Shown here: positions 9,372 to 20,527 of the stretch, piece after piece
Numbering within the stretch: the stretch's first letter is position 1
Layout of the letters: the number at the start of each line of letters is the position of its first letter
DNA from: an uncultured Chloroflexia bacterium
GTDB lineage: Bacteria > Chloroflexota > Limnocylindria > Limnocylindrales > CSP1-4
Direction of reading: 5' to 3'
Assembly (NCBI GenBank): GCA_963749705.1
Contig: CAVVNQ010000015.1
Span: 128,001 to 192,000 of the forward strand
DNA: 64,000 nt
Translations under genes and position numbers: made by a program
Notes under the pieces: model-generated
What the model saw: the letters and a program-made list of their open reading frames with translations, nothing else
What the model was told of the DNA's origin: nothing
Database searches by the model: none

Positions 9372-9413
9372 TTGTCCACACAATGACCCAGTTGTGCACC
9401 GTTCTGTGGATAT
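9372..9413. promoter_or_regulatory. DnaA-box cluster upstream of parA
   Basis: TTGTCCACA (9372-9380), degenerate TTGTGCACC (9392-9400), TGTGGATAT (9405-9413, reverse orientation). Confidence 0.6.
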
Positions 9414-9581
9414 CCGTGGCCCGCGCATGCGCCACGGGCGCGGGTCGAAATGCACCTGTAACACCTCGTTGATCCAGCGCGAACAATGATGGGCCCATCG
9501 ACGGCAATGCCCGTGACGCGGGTCGACGCTGCCCAGGCCGCGAGCCGCGCGTGCCCGAGGCCTATGATTGGGGCGTCCCGC

Positions 9582-9599
9582 CGTCTTTGCGCAAGGACG
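9582..9599. promoter_or_regulatory. Palindromic site copy 2 (candidate parS)
   Basis: CGTCTTTGCGCAAGGACG, intergenic between parA and pccB. Confidence 0.65.
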
Positions 9600-9630
9600 C
9601 GCGTTCACGCCATCGGAGGAGTCCAGCGAC

Positions 9631-11184
9631 GTGCCCAACAACGCGGATCGGATCGCCCGGCTCGAGCGGATGCGCGCGGAGGCGCTCCAGGGTGGCGGCC
9701 CGGTGCGGATCGAGCGACAGCATGCCTGGGGAAAGCTGACGGCCCGGGAGCGGCTCGACCTGTTGCTCGACGCCGGCTCGTTCGTCGAGATGGATGCGTT
9801 CGTGATGCCGCGCGCCACGGCGACGGGTCTCGATCGCCAGCAGTTTCTGGGCGATGGGGTGGTCACCGGTCACGGCACGATCGACGGACGACTGGTGTTC
9901 GTGTTCAGCCAGGACTTCACGGTGTTCGGTGGGTCGCTGTCGGAGGCGTACGCCGAGAAGATCTGCAAGGTCATGGATCTCGCGATGAAGGTGGGCGCAC
10001 CGGTCATCGGGCTCAACGACTCCGGCGGTGCGAGGATCCAGGAGGGCGTCGCGTCGCTCGGTGGCTACGCCGAGATCTTCCTGCGCAACGTGATGGCATC
10101 CGGGGTGGTGCCCCAGATCTCCGTCATCCTAGGCCCGTGCGCGGGCGGTGCCGTCTACTCGCCCGCGATGACCGACTTCACCGTGATGGTGGAGGGGACG
10201 AGCTACATGTTCGTGACCGGTCCCAACGTGGTCAAGGCGGTCACCCACGAAGAGGTCGACTCCGAGGCGCTGGGCGGCGCCGCGGTGCACACGGGTCGCA
10301 GCGGGGTCGCGCACCTCGCGGCACGCGACGAGGCGGAGGCGATGGACTACGCCCGCCGAGTCCTCGCATATCTGCCGCAGAACAACCTGTCGGATCCGCC
10401 GCGCGCGGAAGCGAGCGATCCGCGCAACCGCATGGACCCGGAGCTCGATGCGGTGGTCCCGGACGAGCCCTCGAGGCCGTACGACATGCACGAGGTCCTG
10501 CGCCGTGTCGTCGACGACGGTGACTTCCTCGAGATCCAGCCGGCATGGGCGGGCAACATCATCGTCGGGTTCGCGCGGCTGGGCGGCCGGCCGGCCGGGA
10601 TCGTTGCGCAGCAGCCCGCCGTCCTTGCCGGCGCCCTGGACATCGACGCGTCGAACAAGGCCGCGCAATTCGTCCGGACGTGTGATGCGTTCAACGTGCC
10701 GCTGGTCACGTTCGTCGACGTGCCGGGGTTCCTGCCGGGCGTCGGCCAGGAGCACAACGGGATCATCAAGCACGGAGCCAAGCTGCTGTACGCGTACTGC
10801 GAGGCGACGGTCCCCAAGGTGACCGTCATCACGCGCAAGGCGTACGGCGGCGCCTACGACGTCATGAGCAGCAAGCACATCCGCGGCGACATGAACTTCG
10901 CGTGGCCGACGGCGGAGATCGCGGTGATGGGCGCCGAGGGCGCGGTCAACATCATCTTCAAGGACTCGATCGCGGGAGCGGACGATCCCGCGGCCGAGCG
11001 CAGTCGGCTGGTGGCGGAGTATGAGGACGAGTTCTCCAACCCGTACATCGCCGCGGGTCGCGGGTACATTGACGAGGTGATCCTTCCGCACGAGACGCGA
11101 CCGCGCCTGATCCGGGCGCTCGAGGTCCTCGCCGACAAGCGCGACACCAACCCGAAGAAGAAGCATGGCAACATCCCGCTCTGA
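9631..11184 (+). CDS. pccB: Acyl-CoA (propionyl-CoA) carboxylase carboxyltransferase subunit
   Basis: [46 protein letters not shown] terminus; GGAGGA RBS. Confidence 0.92.
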   Translation: MPNNADRIARLERMRAEALQGGGPVRIERQHAWGKLTARERLDLLLDAGSFVEMDAFVMPRATATGLDRQQFLGDGVVTGHGTIDGRLVFVFSQDFTVFGGSLSEAYAEKICKVMDLAMKVGAPVIGLNDSGGARIQEGVASLGGYAEIFLRNVMASGVVPQISVILGPCAGGAVYSPAMTDFTVMVEGTSYMFVTGPNVVKAVTHEEVDSEALGGAAVHTGRSGVAHLAARDEAEAMDYARRVLAYLPQNNLSDPPRAEASDPRNRMDPELDAVVPDEPSRPYDMHEVLRRVVDDGDFLEIQPAWAGNIIVGFARLGGRPAGIVAQQPAVLAGALDIDASNKAAQFVRTCDAFNVPLVTFVDVPGFLPGVGQEHNGIIKHGAKLLYAYCEATVPKVTVITRKAYGGAYDVMSSKHIRGDMNFAWPTAEIAVMGAEGAVNIIFKDSIAGADDPAAERSRLVAEYEDEFSNPYIAAGRGYIDEVILPHETRPRLIRALEVLADKRDTNPKKKHGNIPL

Positions 11185-11196
11185 CGACGACGCGGT

Positions 11197-11212
11197 GTCG
11201 TTGCGCAAAGAC
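11197..11212. promoter_or_regulatory. Palindromic site copy 3 (candidate parS)
   Basis: GTCGTTGCGCAAAGAC in the 48-bp gap after pccB. Confidence 0.6.
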
Positions 11213-11232
11213 GCCCGCGCCGGGTCCGCCCG

Positions 11233-12828
11233 ATGACCGGCCGCGAGACGCCGTTTCGTCGCGTCCTGATCGCCAACCGCGGCGAGATCGCGGTCCGCAT
11301 CATCCGGGCCTGCCACGAGATGGGGATCGAGGCTGTCGCGGTGTACAGCGACGCCGACACGACGGCGGCCCACGTCCGTCTCGCCGACGTCGCGGTCCGG
11401 ATCGGGCCACCCGCGCCGACGGAGAGCTACCTCCGGATCGATGCCGTGGTCCAGGCGGCGATCGACACGGGCGCCGAGGCGATCCATCCCGGGTACGGCT
11501 TCCTCGCCGAGCGCGCGGCGTTCGCGCGCGCCGTCGAGGACGCGGGCCTCGTGTTCGTGGGCCCCGCGTCGGCCACCATCGAGGCCCTGGGCGACAAGCT
11601 CCACGCCCGACGGCTGGCGGCCAGGATCGATGTGCCGTCAGTGCCCGGGACCCTCGAGCCCGCTCCCGTCGATCGCCCGGACCAGGTCGCGGACATCGTC
11701 GCCACCGCGCGGACCATCGGCTTTCCGCTGCTGGTCAAGGCGGCCGCCGGCGGGGGAGGGCGGGGGATGCGTCGGGTCCTTCATGCCGACGATCTTGCCG
11801 CGGCGCTCGTCTCCGGGTCGCGCGAGGCTGCATCCGCGTTCGGTGACGGGTCCGTCTACCTGGAGCGCGAGATCCTCCCGGCGCGACATGTCGAGGTTCA
11901 GCTGCTCGGCGACGCCCACGGCAACGTCGTCGCGCTGGGAGAGCGCGACTGCTCGCTCCAGCGGCGTCACCAGAAGCTCGTGGAGGAGGCCCCCGCGCCC
12001 GGCCTGACCCCGGATCAGCGCCGGGAGCTGCACGAGCGCGCCGTGCGCCTGGCCCGCGCGGCCGACCTGCGCAACGCTGCCACCTGCGAGTTCCTGTATG
12101 ACACCGACGGTCGGTTCTGGTTCCTCGAGGTCAACACGCGGCTCCAGGTGGAGCACGGCGTGACCGAGCTCGTCACCGGCGTCGACATCGTTCGCGAGCA
12201 GCTCTGGATCGCCGCGGGCCGGCCCCTGTCGCCCGAGGTGGTTGCGGCCGGCGAGCGCGCGGCAGCGCCATCGAGCCACGCGATCGAGGTCCGGATCGCG
12301 GCCGAGGATCCGTCACGAGCGTTCGCCCCAACGCCCGGCCGGATCGGGCGGTGGGTGATGCCTGCCGGGCCCGGGATCCGGGTCGACACGGGGATCGAGG
12401 CTGACGACCTCGTGCCCCCGGACTACGACAACCTGATCGCCAAGCTGATGGTCCACGCGAACGATCGTGACGCGGCGATCGACCGGCTTGGACGGGCGCT
12501 GGACGAGACGGAGATCGGTGGCGTGCAGACGACGCTGCCCTTCCACCGGTTCGTCGCGCACAGCGACGCCTTCCGCGACGGCGAGCTGTCGACGGGTTGG
12601 GTGGACGGGCACTGGGACGGCGAGGCGGCCCGCGCGCAGGCAGCTCGAGTCGCGCTGCGCGCCGCGGGCCTGGCCGCGATCGCGGGTGACCTGGATGGCG
12701 TGGCACCGGTTGCAGCATCCCGCGCCCCGCTTGGTGCGGATGGCGCGCTCGCCGCCGAGTCTGCTGACGGCGCACGGGCGTGGCGTCGGTCGGGCCGCGC
12801 GCATGGGGTCGATCGATGGCCGAGCTGA
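11233..12828 (+). CDS. Biotin carboxylase subunit
   Basis: LIANRGEIAVR, IHPGYGFLAE, GGGGRGMR, RDCSLQRRHQK, EVNTRLQVEH. Confidence 0.93.
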   Translation: MTGRETPFRRVLIANRGEIAVRIIRACHEMGIEAVAVYSDADTTAAHVRLADVAVRIGPPAPTESYLRIDAVVQAAIDTGAEAIHPGYGFLAERAAFARAVEDAGLVFVGPASATIEALGDKLHARRLAARIDVPSVPGTLEPAPVDRPDQVADIVATARTIGFPLLVKAAAGGGGRGMRRVLHADDLAAALVSGSREAASAFGDGSVYLEREILPARHVEVQLLGDAHGNVVALGERDCSLQRRHQKLVEEAPAPGLTPDQRRELHERAVRLARAADLRNAATCEFLYDTDGRFWFLEVNTRLQVEHGVTELVTGVDIVREQLWIAAGRPLSPEVVAAGERAAAPSSHAIEVRIAAEDPSRAFAPTPGRIGRWVMPAGPGIRVDTGIEADDLVPPDYDNLIAKLMVHANDRDAAIDRLGRALDETEIGGVQTTLPFHRFVAHSDAFRDGELSTGWVDGHWDGEAARAQAARVALRAAGLAAIAGDLDGVAPVAASRAPLGADGALAAESADGARAWRRSGRAHGVDRWPS

Positions 12829-13544
12829 CCACGGCTGTGCCCACCGATGGCCATGACCGGAGCGAGGACGCCGCGGCGGTGGCTGCGCCCGTGGCCGACG
12901 ATCCCCGGGCGGTCCGCGTCCGGCTCGCACCTGGATCGCAGCTCGGCGACGAGCCGGTGCTCCGCGTCGCGCCGGCGGCCGAGGTCCTCCAGCCGTCGAA
13001 CCCGACCGTCGGCGTCGGTCCGCTCGGTGGGGCCGCAGCTCCGGCCGCCGAGCCGGAGGGCGGGACTGTCCGTGCGCAAAGACACCCGCTGCTGGACGGC
13101 CAGGCCACTGATGCCGCGCTCCAGACCCTCGGGCGGGGACGGCTCATCCTCGACGAGGCCGGTCGTCGCACCCGCGTGGTGCTCGAGCCATACCGGGCCG
13201 CGCCGGGCCGCGTCGTGGTCCGGGAGGTCCTGGTCGACGGCTTCCGGTTCGAGGTGGAGCTGGAGCCCGAGCGGATCGCCGCCCTCCGCGAGCGGGCGAC
13301 CAAGGGCCGCGAGTCGAGCGCCCACCGCGGGCCGCTCGAGGTCCGGGCGATCATCCCGGGCAAGGTCGTGGCCGTGTCCGTGGGCCCCGGCGACGAGGTC
13401 ACGGCGGGCCAGCAGCTGCTGGTGGTCGAGGCGATGAAGATGCAGAACGAGCTGCGGGCGCCGCGGGATGGCACGATCGACCGGGTCGCGGTTGCGCAGG
13501 GCGTCAACATCGAGGTCGGCGACCTGCTGATGGTCATCAGCTGA
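12816..13544 (+). CDS. Biotin carboxyl carrier protein with N-terminal extension
   Basis: C-terminal EAMKMQNE biotinylation motif. Confidence 0.88.
   Translation: MAELTTAVPTDGHDRSEDAAAVAAPVADDPRAVRVRLAPGSQLGDEPVLRVAPAAEVLQPSNPTVGVGPLGGAAAPAAEPEGGTVRAQRHPLLDGQATDAALQTLGRGRLILDEAGRRTRVVLEPYRAAPGRVVVREVLVDGFRFEVELEPERIAALRERATKGRESSAHRGPLEVRAIIPGKVVAVSVGPGDEVTAGQQLLVVEAMKMQNELRAPRDGTIDRVAVAQGVNIEVGDLLMVIS
13068..13083. promoter_or_regulatory. Palindromic site copy 4 (candidate parS), inside the biotin carrier gene
   Basis: GTCCGTGCGCAAAGAC (2 mismatches to consensus), flanked by T and A. Confidence 0.5.
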
Positions 13545-13555
13545 CGGAGGTATCG

Positions 13556-15226
13556 GTGAGCGACGAGGCAACGGCGGATCCGGCGGTCGAGCGCTGGCGT
13601 GCCACGACGCGCGCCCGCGCGCTGGCCGCGTCGCCGGAGCACGGGCGGTTCGCGACGACCTCGGAGATCCCGATCGCCGACGTCTACACCCCCGCCGACG
13701 TCGATGACCTGGATCCCGCCCGGGACCTGGGCCTGCCGGGCGAGTACCCGTTCACGCGCGGCGTCCAGCCGACCATGTACCGATCGCGGCTGTGGACGAT
13801 GCGCCAGTACGCCGGGTTCGCGACGGCGGCCGAGACCAACGAGCGGTTCCGGTACCTGCTGTCGCAGGGGCAGACGGGGCTGTCCGTCGCGTTCGACCTG
13901 CCAACCCAGATGGGCTACGACGCCGATGCCCCGGAGGCCGAGGGCGAGGTCGGCCGGGTGGGCGTCCCGGTCTCGTCGCTCGCCGACATGGAGGTCCTGT
14001 TCGCCGGCATCCCGTTGGGCGAGGTCAGCACCTCGATGACGATCAATGCCACGGCTCCCATCCTGCTCGCGCTGTACGTCGCGGCGGCGGAGAAGCAGGG
14101 GGTCGCGCGGGCGGCCGTGTCGGGGACCACCCAGAACGACATCCTCAAGGAGTACATCGCCCGCGGCACCTGGATCTACCCGCCTCGGGTATCGATGCGG
14201 CTGGTCACCGACGTGTTCGAGTTCGCCACCCGCGAACTGCCCCGCTGGAACACGATCAGCATCTCCGGGTACCACATGCGCGAGGCCGGGGCGACCGCCG
14301 CCCAGGAGCTGGCGTTCACGCTTGCCGACGGCATCGCCTACGTCGAGGCGGCGCTGTCCCGCGGGCTCGCCGTGGACGACGTCGCGCCCCGGCTGTCGTT
14401 CTTCTTCGCAGCGTGGTCGGAGCTGTTCGAGGAGGTCGCGAAGTTCCGGGCCGCGCGCCGGATGTGGGCGCGGATCATGAAGGAGCGGTTCGGCGCATCG
14501 AACGCTCGTTCGATGATGTGCCGGTTCCATACGCAGACGGCCGGGTCCTCGCTGACCGCCCAGTCGATCGACAACAACGTGGTCCGCACCACGCTCCAGG
14601 CCCTCGCCGCCGTCCTCGGGGGAACCCAGAGCCTGCACACGAACTCGCGCGACGAGGCGCTCGCGCTGCCGACGGCCGAGGCCGCGCGGCTCGCGCTCCG
14701 GACGCAGCAGATCATCGCCCACGAGGCGGGCGTGACCGAGACCCCGGACCCGCTGGCGGGGTCGTACTTCGTGGAGTCGCTGACCAGCGAGCTCGAGGCG
14801 GCCGCGTCCGCCTACCTCGACGAGATCGACGCGATGGGCGGCACGCTCTCGGCGATCGAGGGCGGCTTCCAGCAGCGGCAGATCCAGGAGTCGGCCTACC
14901 GGGTCCAGCGGGAGATCGAGCGTGGCGACCGCATCGTGGTCGGCGTCAACCGGTACCGGGACGAGGACACGCCGACGCGACCGGCGCTCCAGCGGATCGA
15001 CCCGGACGGCGAGCGGCGCCAGGTTGCCGGGATCCGCGCGGTTCGCGACGGGCGCGATCCCGCTGCCTGGGACCGGGCCATGCGCCGCCTCGAGGACGAG
15101 GCCCGCGGGGAGGCCAACCTGCTGCCCGCGATCATCGAGGCCGTCGCGGCCTACGCCACCGTGGGCGAGATCGCCGACCGCCTGCGGACGACCTGGGGCG
15201 TCCATCGCGAGCTGATCACGGTCTGA
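13556..15226 (+). CDS. Methylmalonyl-CoA mutase, substrate-binding large subunit (no B12-binding domain)
   Basis: [50 protein letters not shown]. Confidence 0.92.
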   Translation: MSDEATADPAVERWRATTRARALAASPEHGRFATTSEIPIADVYTPADVDDLDPARDLGLPGEYPFTRGVQPTMYRSRLWTMRQYAGFATAAETNERFRYLLSQGQTGLSVAFDLPTQMGYDADAPEAEGEVGRVGVPVSSLADMEVLFAGIPLGEVSTSMTINATAPILLALYVAAAEKQGVARAAVSGTTQNDILKEYIARGTWIYPPRVSMRLVTDVFEFATRELPRWNTISISGYHMREAGATAAQELAFTLADGIAYVEAALSRGLAVDDVAPRLSFFFAAWSELFEEVAKFRAARRMWARIMKERFGASNARSMMCRFHTQTAGSSLTAQSIDNNVVRTTLQALAAVLGGTQSLHTNSRDEALALPTAEAARLALRTQQIIAHEAGVTETPDPLAGSYFVESLTSELEAAASAYLDEIDAMGGTLSAIEGGFQQRQIQESAYRVQREIERGDRIVVGVNRYRDEDTPTRPALQRIDPDGERRQVAGIRAVRDGRDPAAWDRAMRRLEDEARGEANLLPAIIEAVAAYATVGEIADRLRTTWGVHRELITV

Positions 15227-15238
15227 GGAGGCCCTCGC

Positions 15239-15721
15239 ATGCCGGATCTGCCGGATTCCACACACCTGCCCGCCGCGATCGGCCGGCTGGGGCGGGTCCA
15301 TCACGTCGCGGTCATCGTGTCGGACCTGGACCGGGCGCTCGGCTTCTGGCGCGATGCGCTTGGCCTGCCGGTCGAGCTGGTGCTGCCGATCGAGACCGAC
15401 GGCGTCACCATCGCGTTCCTGCCGGTGGGGGAGTCGAAGGTCGAGCTGGTGATGCCGACCGACGATACGACGGGCGTGGCGCGCTTCCTGGCCAGCAAGG
15501 GCGAGGGGTTCCACCACGTGTGCTTCGAGGTCGCGAACCTCGCCGAGACGCTGCTGCGGCTGGAGGTCGACGGCATCGAGCTGATCGACAGCGCCCCCCG
15601 GAAGGGTGCCGAGGGGCCGGTCGCCTTCCTCCATCCCAGGTCGTGCCACGGCGTGCTGGTCGAACTGATCGAGGCGCCCGGCGGTCCCTCCTGGCCGATC
15701 CTCGGCTATCCGCCCGCCTGA
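15239..15721 (+). CDS. mce: Methylmalonyl-CoA epimerase
   Basis: VOC fold HHVAV..VEL..GEGFHHVCFEV..FLHP..GVLVELIE, next to the mutase. Confidence 0.9.
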   Translation: MPDLPDSTHLPAAIGRLGRVHHVAVIVSDLDRALGFWRDALGLPVELVLPIETDGVTIAFLPVGESKVELVMPTDDTTGVARFLASKGEGFHHVCFEVANLAETLLRLEVDGIELIDSAPRKGAEGPVAFLHPRSCHGVLVELIEAPGGPSWPILGYPPA

Positions 15722-15835
15722 GCTCCTCCGGCAGCGTGCCGGCCCTTGCTCCCGAGCGCCGGCTGAGATAGTCGGGCCGGGGCCATCACCCGGCGGCGGG
15801 AGCGGGCAACCCGCTCGACGTCCGGCCCCGGGCGT

Positions 15836-16306
15836 TCAGAACGCCCAGGCGAACACCACGTCCCGGGCGCCGGCAGAGGCGCGGGCGAACAGGACGATCC
15901 GGCCCGTGAGATCGCGGATCCACGGCTTCTCTTCGCGCGGCAGCAGCCCCAGCTCCTCTTCGAGCAGGTCGATCCAGCGACCCGCGAGCGGAGCGATCTG
16001 ATCGTCGGTGACCAGGGCGACCGTCTCGACCCACTGGCGATCGACCCGCTCCACGATCCGCTCGGTCATGTCGTCGGCGCCATCGAGGTCCGAGCGCGCG
16101 TCGAGGAAGTCGACCGGCAGGTCTGATTCGGTCACCGCCCGAACCGCCTCCGAGAACAGGTCCAGCCAGGTTGGATCGAGCCCGCCGCCGAGCGGGAGGT
16201 GGGCGTCGAACCGTGCCGGGTCGTCGAACGCGGCGACATCGTCGATCGAGAGCGTCAGGACGACATCGCGGGCGTCGCCCGCGACCAGGTCCATGAGACT
16301 GCCCAT
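15836..16306 (-). CDS. Hypothetical acidic protein
   Basis: Protein-like composition and GC3 bias; downstream of sucD on the same strand. Confidence 0.6.
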   Translation of the reverse strand: MGSLMDLVAGDARDVVLTLSIDDVAAFDDPARFDAHLPLGGGLDPTWLDLFSEAVRAVTESDLPVDFLDARSDLDGADDMTERIVERVDRQWVETVALVTDDQIAPLAGRWIDLLEEELGLLPREEKPWIRDLTGRIVLFARASAGARDVVFAWAF

Positions 16307-16385
16307 CTGCGCCGGAGCGCCGATCCTCCTTCCGGTGTGGCACTCCGGGATCCGGTGCGCCTCACGCCAAAGTCTACCCGCGCGG

Positions 16386-17270
16386 TCAGCCCCGGTAGCC
16401 CGCCTCGCGGAGCAGCGCCGGCAGCTCGGTCGGGGAGCCGGCGACCCGGAACCCCGCAGCCTCGAGCGCCGTGACCTTGGATGCGGCCGTGCCGCGGCCG
16501 CCCGAGATGATCGCGCCGGCGTGACCCATCCGCTTGCCCTCGGGGGCGGTGCGGCCGGCGATGAACGCGACCTTGGGGACGTCGGCCATGTGCTCCGCGG
16601 CCCAGGCCGCCGCCTCCTCCTCCGCCGAGCCGCCGATCTCGCCGATGAGGACGAGCGCCTCGGTCTCCGGATCCGCGGCGAACAGGCGGAGCACGTCGAG
16701 GAACTGGCTCCCGATCACGGGATCGCCGCCGATGCCCACGCACGTGGATTGCCCCAGCCCGGCATCGGTCATGGCCTGGACGGCCTCGTACGTGAGCGTC
16801 CCGGAGCGCGACACGACGCCCACCCGGCCTTCGAGGTGGATCGAGCCCGGGATGATCCCGACCTTGGCCCGTCCGGGCGATGTGGCGCCCGGGCAGTTGG
16901 GGCCGATCAGCCGGGCACCGGCGCGCTGGACGACCTCGACCACGGGCACCATGTCCAGCGCCGGGATCCCCTCGGTGATGCAGAAGATCGTGCTGATCCC
17001 TGCGTCCACGGCCTCGAGCACCGAGTCGGGCGCACCGGCCGCGGGCACGAAGATGCACGACGTGTTGGCGCCGGTCTCGCGCACGGCGTCGGCCACCGTG
17101 TTGAACACGGGCACGCGCCCGTCGAGCGCGGTCTGCCCGCCCTTGCCGGGTGTCATGCCGGCCACGATGTTCGTTCCGTACTCGAGCATCGCCGCGCTGT
17201 GGAAGCCGCCCTCGCGACCGGTGATGCCGTGGACGACGAGCCGTGTCTCGTTTCCGATCAGGATGCTCAC
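16386..17270 (-). CDS. sucD: Succinyl-CoA synthetase alpha subunit
   Basis: [33 protein letters not shown] (phospho-His). Confidence 0.96.
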   Translation of the reverse strand: MSILIGNETRLVVHGITGREGGFHSAAMLEYGTNIVAGMTPGKGGQTALDGRVPVFNTVADAVRETGANTSCIFVPAAGAPDSVLEAVDAGISTIFCITEGIPALDMVPVVEVVQRAGARLIGPNCPGATSPGRAKVGIIPGSIHLEGRVGVVSRSGTLTYEAVQAMTDAGLGQSTCVGIGGDPVIGSQFLDVLRLFAADPETEALVLIGEIGGSAEEEAAAWAAEHMADVPKVAFIAGRTAPEGKRMGHAGAIISGGRGTAASKVTALEAAGFRVAGSPTELPALLREAGYRG

Positions 17271-18451
17271 GCCGCCACCCCCTTCGCCGCCGCGACGGCC
17301 TTGGCCGCTGCTTCGTCCAGGCTGACGGCCGTCTCGAACCGGGCGGCGCGCAGCAGCTCCGCCGCCTCGTCCGCGTTGGTGCCGACGATGCGCACCACCA
17401 TCGGGACGTCGCGCACCTGCTGGGCGCGGGCGTCGATCAGGCCATGCGCGACCTCGTCGCCGCGGGTGATGCCGCCGAAGATGTTGACCAGGATCGCCTT
17501 GACATTGGCATCGGCGAGGATGAGCCGCATCGCGGCCGCGACACGGTCCGCCTTGGCGCCACCGCCGATGTCCAGGAAGTTGGCCGGCTCGCCGCCCGCC
17601 CGATGGACGAGGTCCATGGTCGTCATCGCCAGCCCGGCGCCGTTGACCATGCACCCGATGTCGCCCTCGAGCTTGATGAACGTGAGGTCGTACCGGCGCG
17701 CCTCGACGTCGGTCGGATCCTCCGCGTCGAGGTCCCGCAGCTGCTCCAGCTGGGGGTGACGGGGGAGCGCCGAGTCATCGACCGTGATCTTGGCGTCGAG
17801 GCACACCAGCCGGTCGACCTGCGTGCCGTCGGCGTTGTGCTCGCGGATGACCGCCAGCGGGTTGATCTCCACCAGGTCCGCGTCGTAGGCGAGCATCGTC
17901 TTGAGCAAGCCCTTGGCGATGGCCGCGCCGGCCTTCCACTGGGCGCCGAACCCGATCGAGAACGCCAGCCGCCGTGCCGCGTGGTCGGGCAGGCCGAGCA
18001 GCGGGTCGACGTGCTGGTAGACGATCGCGCCGGGATTGTCGACGGCGACCTGCTCGATCTCGACCCCGCCCTCGGCGGAGCCGATGAACATCAGCTGGCG
18101 GGTGGCTCGATCGAGGACGACCGAGAGGTAGTACTCCTTGACGATCTCCGCTGCCGGCCCGACCAGCACGCGCCGGACCGGGAGCCCCTTGATCTCGAGC
18201 GCGAAGATCTGCGCCGCGACGTCCTCGGCCTCGTCCGCGGTGGCGGCCAGCCGCACGCCGCCTGCCTTGCCGCGTCCGCCGACCAGCACCTGGGCCTTGA
18301 TGACGACCTTGCCGGTGGCGTTGGCCGGGTCGTCGAGGAATCGAACGGCCGCCGCTCGGGCCTGGGTGGGCGTCCTCGCCACCTCCCAGGCCGGAACCGG
18401 CAGGCCCTGGGCGACGAGCAGCGACTTCGCGTCGGCTTCGTGGATCTTCAC
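17267..18451 (-). CDS. sucC: Succinyl-CoA synthetase beta subunit
   Basis: [44 protein letters not shown]. Confidence 0.96.
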   Translation of the reverse strand: MKIHEADAKSLLVAQGLPVPAWEVARTPTQARAAAVRFLDDPANATGKVVIKAQVLVGGRGKAGGVRLAATADEAEDVAAQIFALEIKGLPVRRVLVGPAAEIVKEYYLSVVLDRATRQLMFIGSAEGGVEIEQVAVDNPGAIVYQHVDPLLGLPDHAARRLAFSIGFGAQWKAGAAIAKGLLKTMLAYDADLVEINPLAVIREHNADGTQVDRLVCLDAKITVDDSALPRHPQLEQLRDLDAEDPTDVEARRYDLTFIKLEGDIGCMVNGAGLAMTTMDLVHRAGGEPANFLDIGGGAKADRVAAAMRLILADANVKAILVNIFGGITRGDEVAHGLIDARAQQVRDVPMVVRIVGTNADEAAELLRAARFETAVSLDEAAAKAVAAAKGVAA

Positions 18452-18693
18452 GCGACGGGCAAGACCTCCTGGCAAACACGGGTGGGCGGAGCCCGATCAT
18501 AGCGGCCGGGCTCCCGGGTCGCTGAGACGAACGGACCCGTCGATGGGCGCCATCCGGCCCCATCGCGGCGCAGCGTCGAACGCGGCCGTTCGGCCCGGTC
18601 ATCGGGCGCCCGTCAGAACGACGGGCGGAATGGCCTGCTGAGCGGGGGCCCGAAGTCAGCGCCCGACCGGTTCCACCCGGCTAGAATGCCTGC

Positions 18694-19716
18694 ATGCCCC
18701 ACCGAGTCACCCTCATCCCCGGCGACGGCATCGGGCCGGAGCTGGCGGAGGCAACACGTCGTGTCCTCGATGCCTCGGGCGTCGCATTCGAATGGGAGGT
18801 CCAGCACGCCGGCGAGGCCGTGATGGCCCAGTACGGCACGCCGTTGCCGGAGCACGTGCTGGAGTCGATCCGCCGCAACAAGGTCGCGCTCAAGGGTCCC
18901 ATCACGACCCCCGTCGGCGCCGGCTTCCGGAGCGTCAATGTCGCGCTGCGCCAGACCCTCGGCCTGTACGCGAACCTCCGCCCGGCACGGTCGATCAAGG
19001 GCCTCGTGACGCGCTACGAGGACGTGGACCTGATCATCGTCCGTGAGAACACCGAGGACCTGTACGCGGGCATCGAGCACATGGTCGGCCGGGACGCCGC
19101 GGAGAGCATCAAGATCATCACCCGCGAGGCGTCCGAGCGGATCGCCCGGTTCGCGTTCGAGTACGCCGTGGCCAACCGCCGCCACAAGGTCACCGCGGTT
19201 CACAAGGCCAACATCATGAAGTTCTCGGACGGGCTGTTCCTCGAGAGCTGCCGCACGATCGCCGCGGACTACGCCGGGAAGATCGAGTTCGAGGATCGGA
19301 TCGTCGACAACATGTGCATGCAGCTGGTCCAGAAGCCGGAGCTGTACGACGTGATGGTGCTGCCGAACCTGTACGGCGACATCGTCAGCGACCTGTGCGC
19401 CGGCCTCGTCGGCGGGCTGGGGGTCGCGCCCGGGGCCAACATCGGCCTCGAGGCTTCGGTGTTCGAGCCCGTGCACGGCTCGGCGCCCAAGTACGCCGGC
19501 CTGAACAAGGCCAACCCGACGGCGCTGATGCTGTCGGGGGTCCTCATGCTGCGCCACCTTGGCGAGCAGGCCGCCGCAGAGCGCGTCGAGACGGCGCTGC
19601 GCGCGGTCATCGCCGAGGGCAGGCACGTCACCTACGACCTCGGCGGCGACGCTGGAACCAGCGGCTTCGCCGACGCGATCATCGAGCGGCTCGGCACGTC
19701 CGTGGCCGCCTCCTGA
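18694..19716 (+). CDS. icd: Isocitrate dehydrogenase (IDH/IPMDH family)
   Basis: [48 protein letters not shown]; TCA-cycle context. Confidence 0.85.
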   Translation: MPHRVTLIPGDGIGPELAEATRRVLDASGVAFEWEVQHAGEAVMAQYGTPLPEHVLESIRRNKVALKGPITTPVGAGFRSVNVALRQTLGLYANLRPARSIKGLVTRYEDVDLIIVRENTEDLYAGIEHMVGRDAAESIKIITREASERIARFAFEYAVANRRHKVTAVHKANIMKFSDGLFLESCRTIAADYAGKIEFEDRIVDNMCMQLVQKPELYDVMVLPNLYGDIVSDLCAGLVGGLGVAPGANIGLEASVFEPVHGSAPKYAGLNKANPTALMLSGVLMLRHLGEQAAAERVETALRAVIAEGRHVTYDLGGDAGTSGFADAIIERLGTSVAAS

Positions 19717-19751
19717 CCCGGCTTCGGCCGGGTCACAGCAACGGAGGCTCC

Positions 19752-20135
19752 ATGCTCCTGCGGTATCGGGGCAGCGAAGGGATGCTCGCCTGGGCGTTCC
19801 ACCGCATCTCGGGAATCGCCATCTGGCTGTTCATCCTGCTCCACGTCCTCGACATCTGGCTGGTGGGCGCGAACCCCGGGCTGTACGACGAGGTGCTGCA
19901 GATCTACGCGAGCCCGGGCGGTCGCGTCATGGAGTCGCTGCTCGGCGCCGCGCTCCTGTACCACGCGCTCAACGGCCTGCGGATCATCATCATGGACTTC
20001 TGGCCGGCGATGACGAACTACCACAAGCAGCTGTGGTACGCGAACTGGGTGCTGTTCGCGGTCATCGGGCTGCCGATCCTGGTCCAGATCATGGCCCCGG
20101 CCTTCGGGTTCGCGGCACCATTCAGGTTCCAGTGA
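19752..20135 (+). CDS. sdhC: Succinate dehydrogenase cytochrome b subunit
   Basis: HRISG, HVLD, YHALNGLRII; first gene of the sdh operon. Confidence 0.9.
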   Translation: MLLRYRGSEGMLAWAFHRISGIAIWLFILLHVLDIWLVGANPGLYDEVLQIYASPGGRVMESLLGAALLYHALNGLRIIIMDFWPAMTNYHKQLWYANWVLFAVIGLPILVQIMAPAFGFAAPFRFQ

Positions 20136-20527
20136 TGTCCTACAACGTCACGCGCTCCGGTCGTGCCCGGCCCCAGGGAGGCGGCTGGGAGCTCGTCATC
20201 TGGTACCTGATGCGGCTTACCGGCCTGGGCCTGTTCGTCACCGCGCTCGGCCACTACATCATCGTCCACTTCCTGTTCGACCCGTCCGAGCAGACGGCCA
20301 AGTGGATCACCGACGAGCGGTGGGGGAACATCGCCTGGCGGACCGTCGACTGGCTGATGCTCACGTTCGTCGTGTTCCACGCGTTCATGGGGCTGCGGAC
20401 GGTGGTCCAGGACTACACCACCGGCGGTGTGCGAACGCTGCTCACGATGGGCCTCTACCTGGGCGCGATCGTGCTGTTCGCGATGGGCACCATCGTCGTC
20501 GCCACGCTCCAGTTCCCGACACCATGA
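20135..20527 (+). CDS. sdhD: Succinate dehydrogenase membrane anchor subunit
   Basis: WYLMRLTG, HAFMGLRTVVQDY; TGATG coupling to sdhC. Confidence 0.88.
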   Translation: MSYNVTRSGRARPQGGGWELVIWYLMRLTGLGLFVTALGHYIIVHFLFDPSEQTAKWITDERWGNIAWRTVDWLMLTFVVFHAFMGLRTVVQDYTTGGVRTLLTMGLYLGAIVLFAMGTIVVATLQFPTP

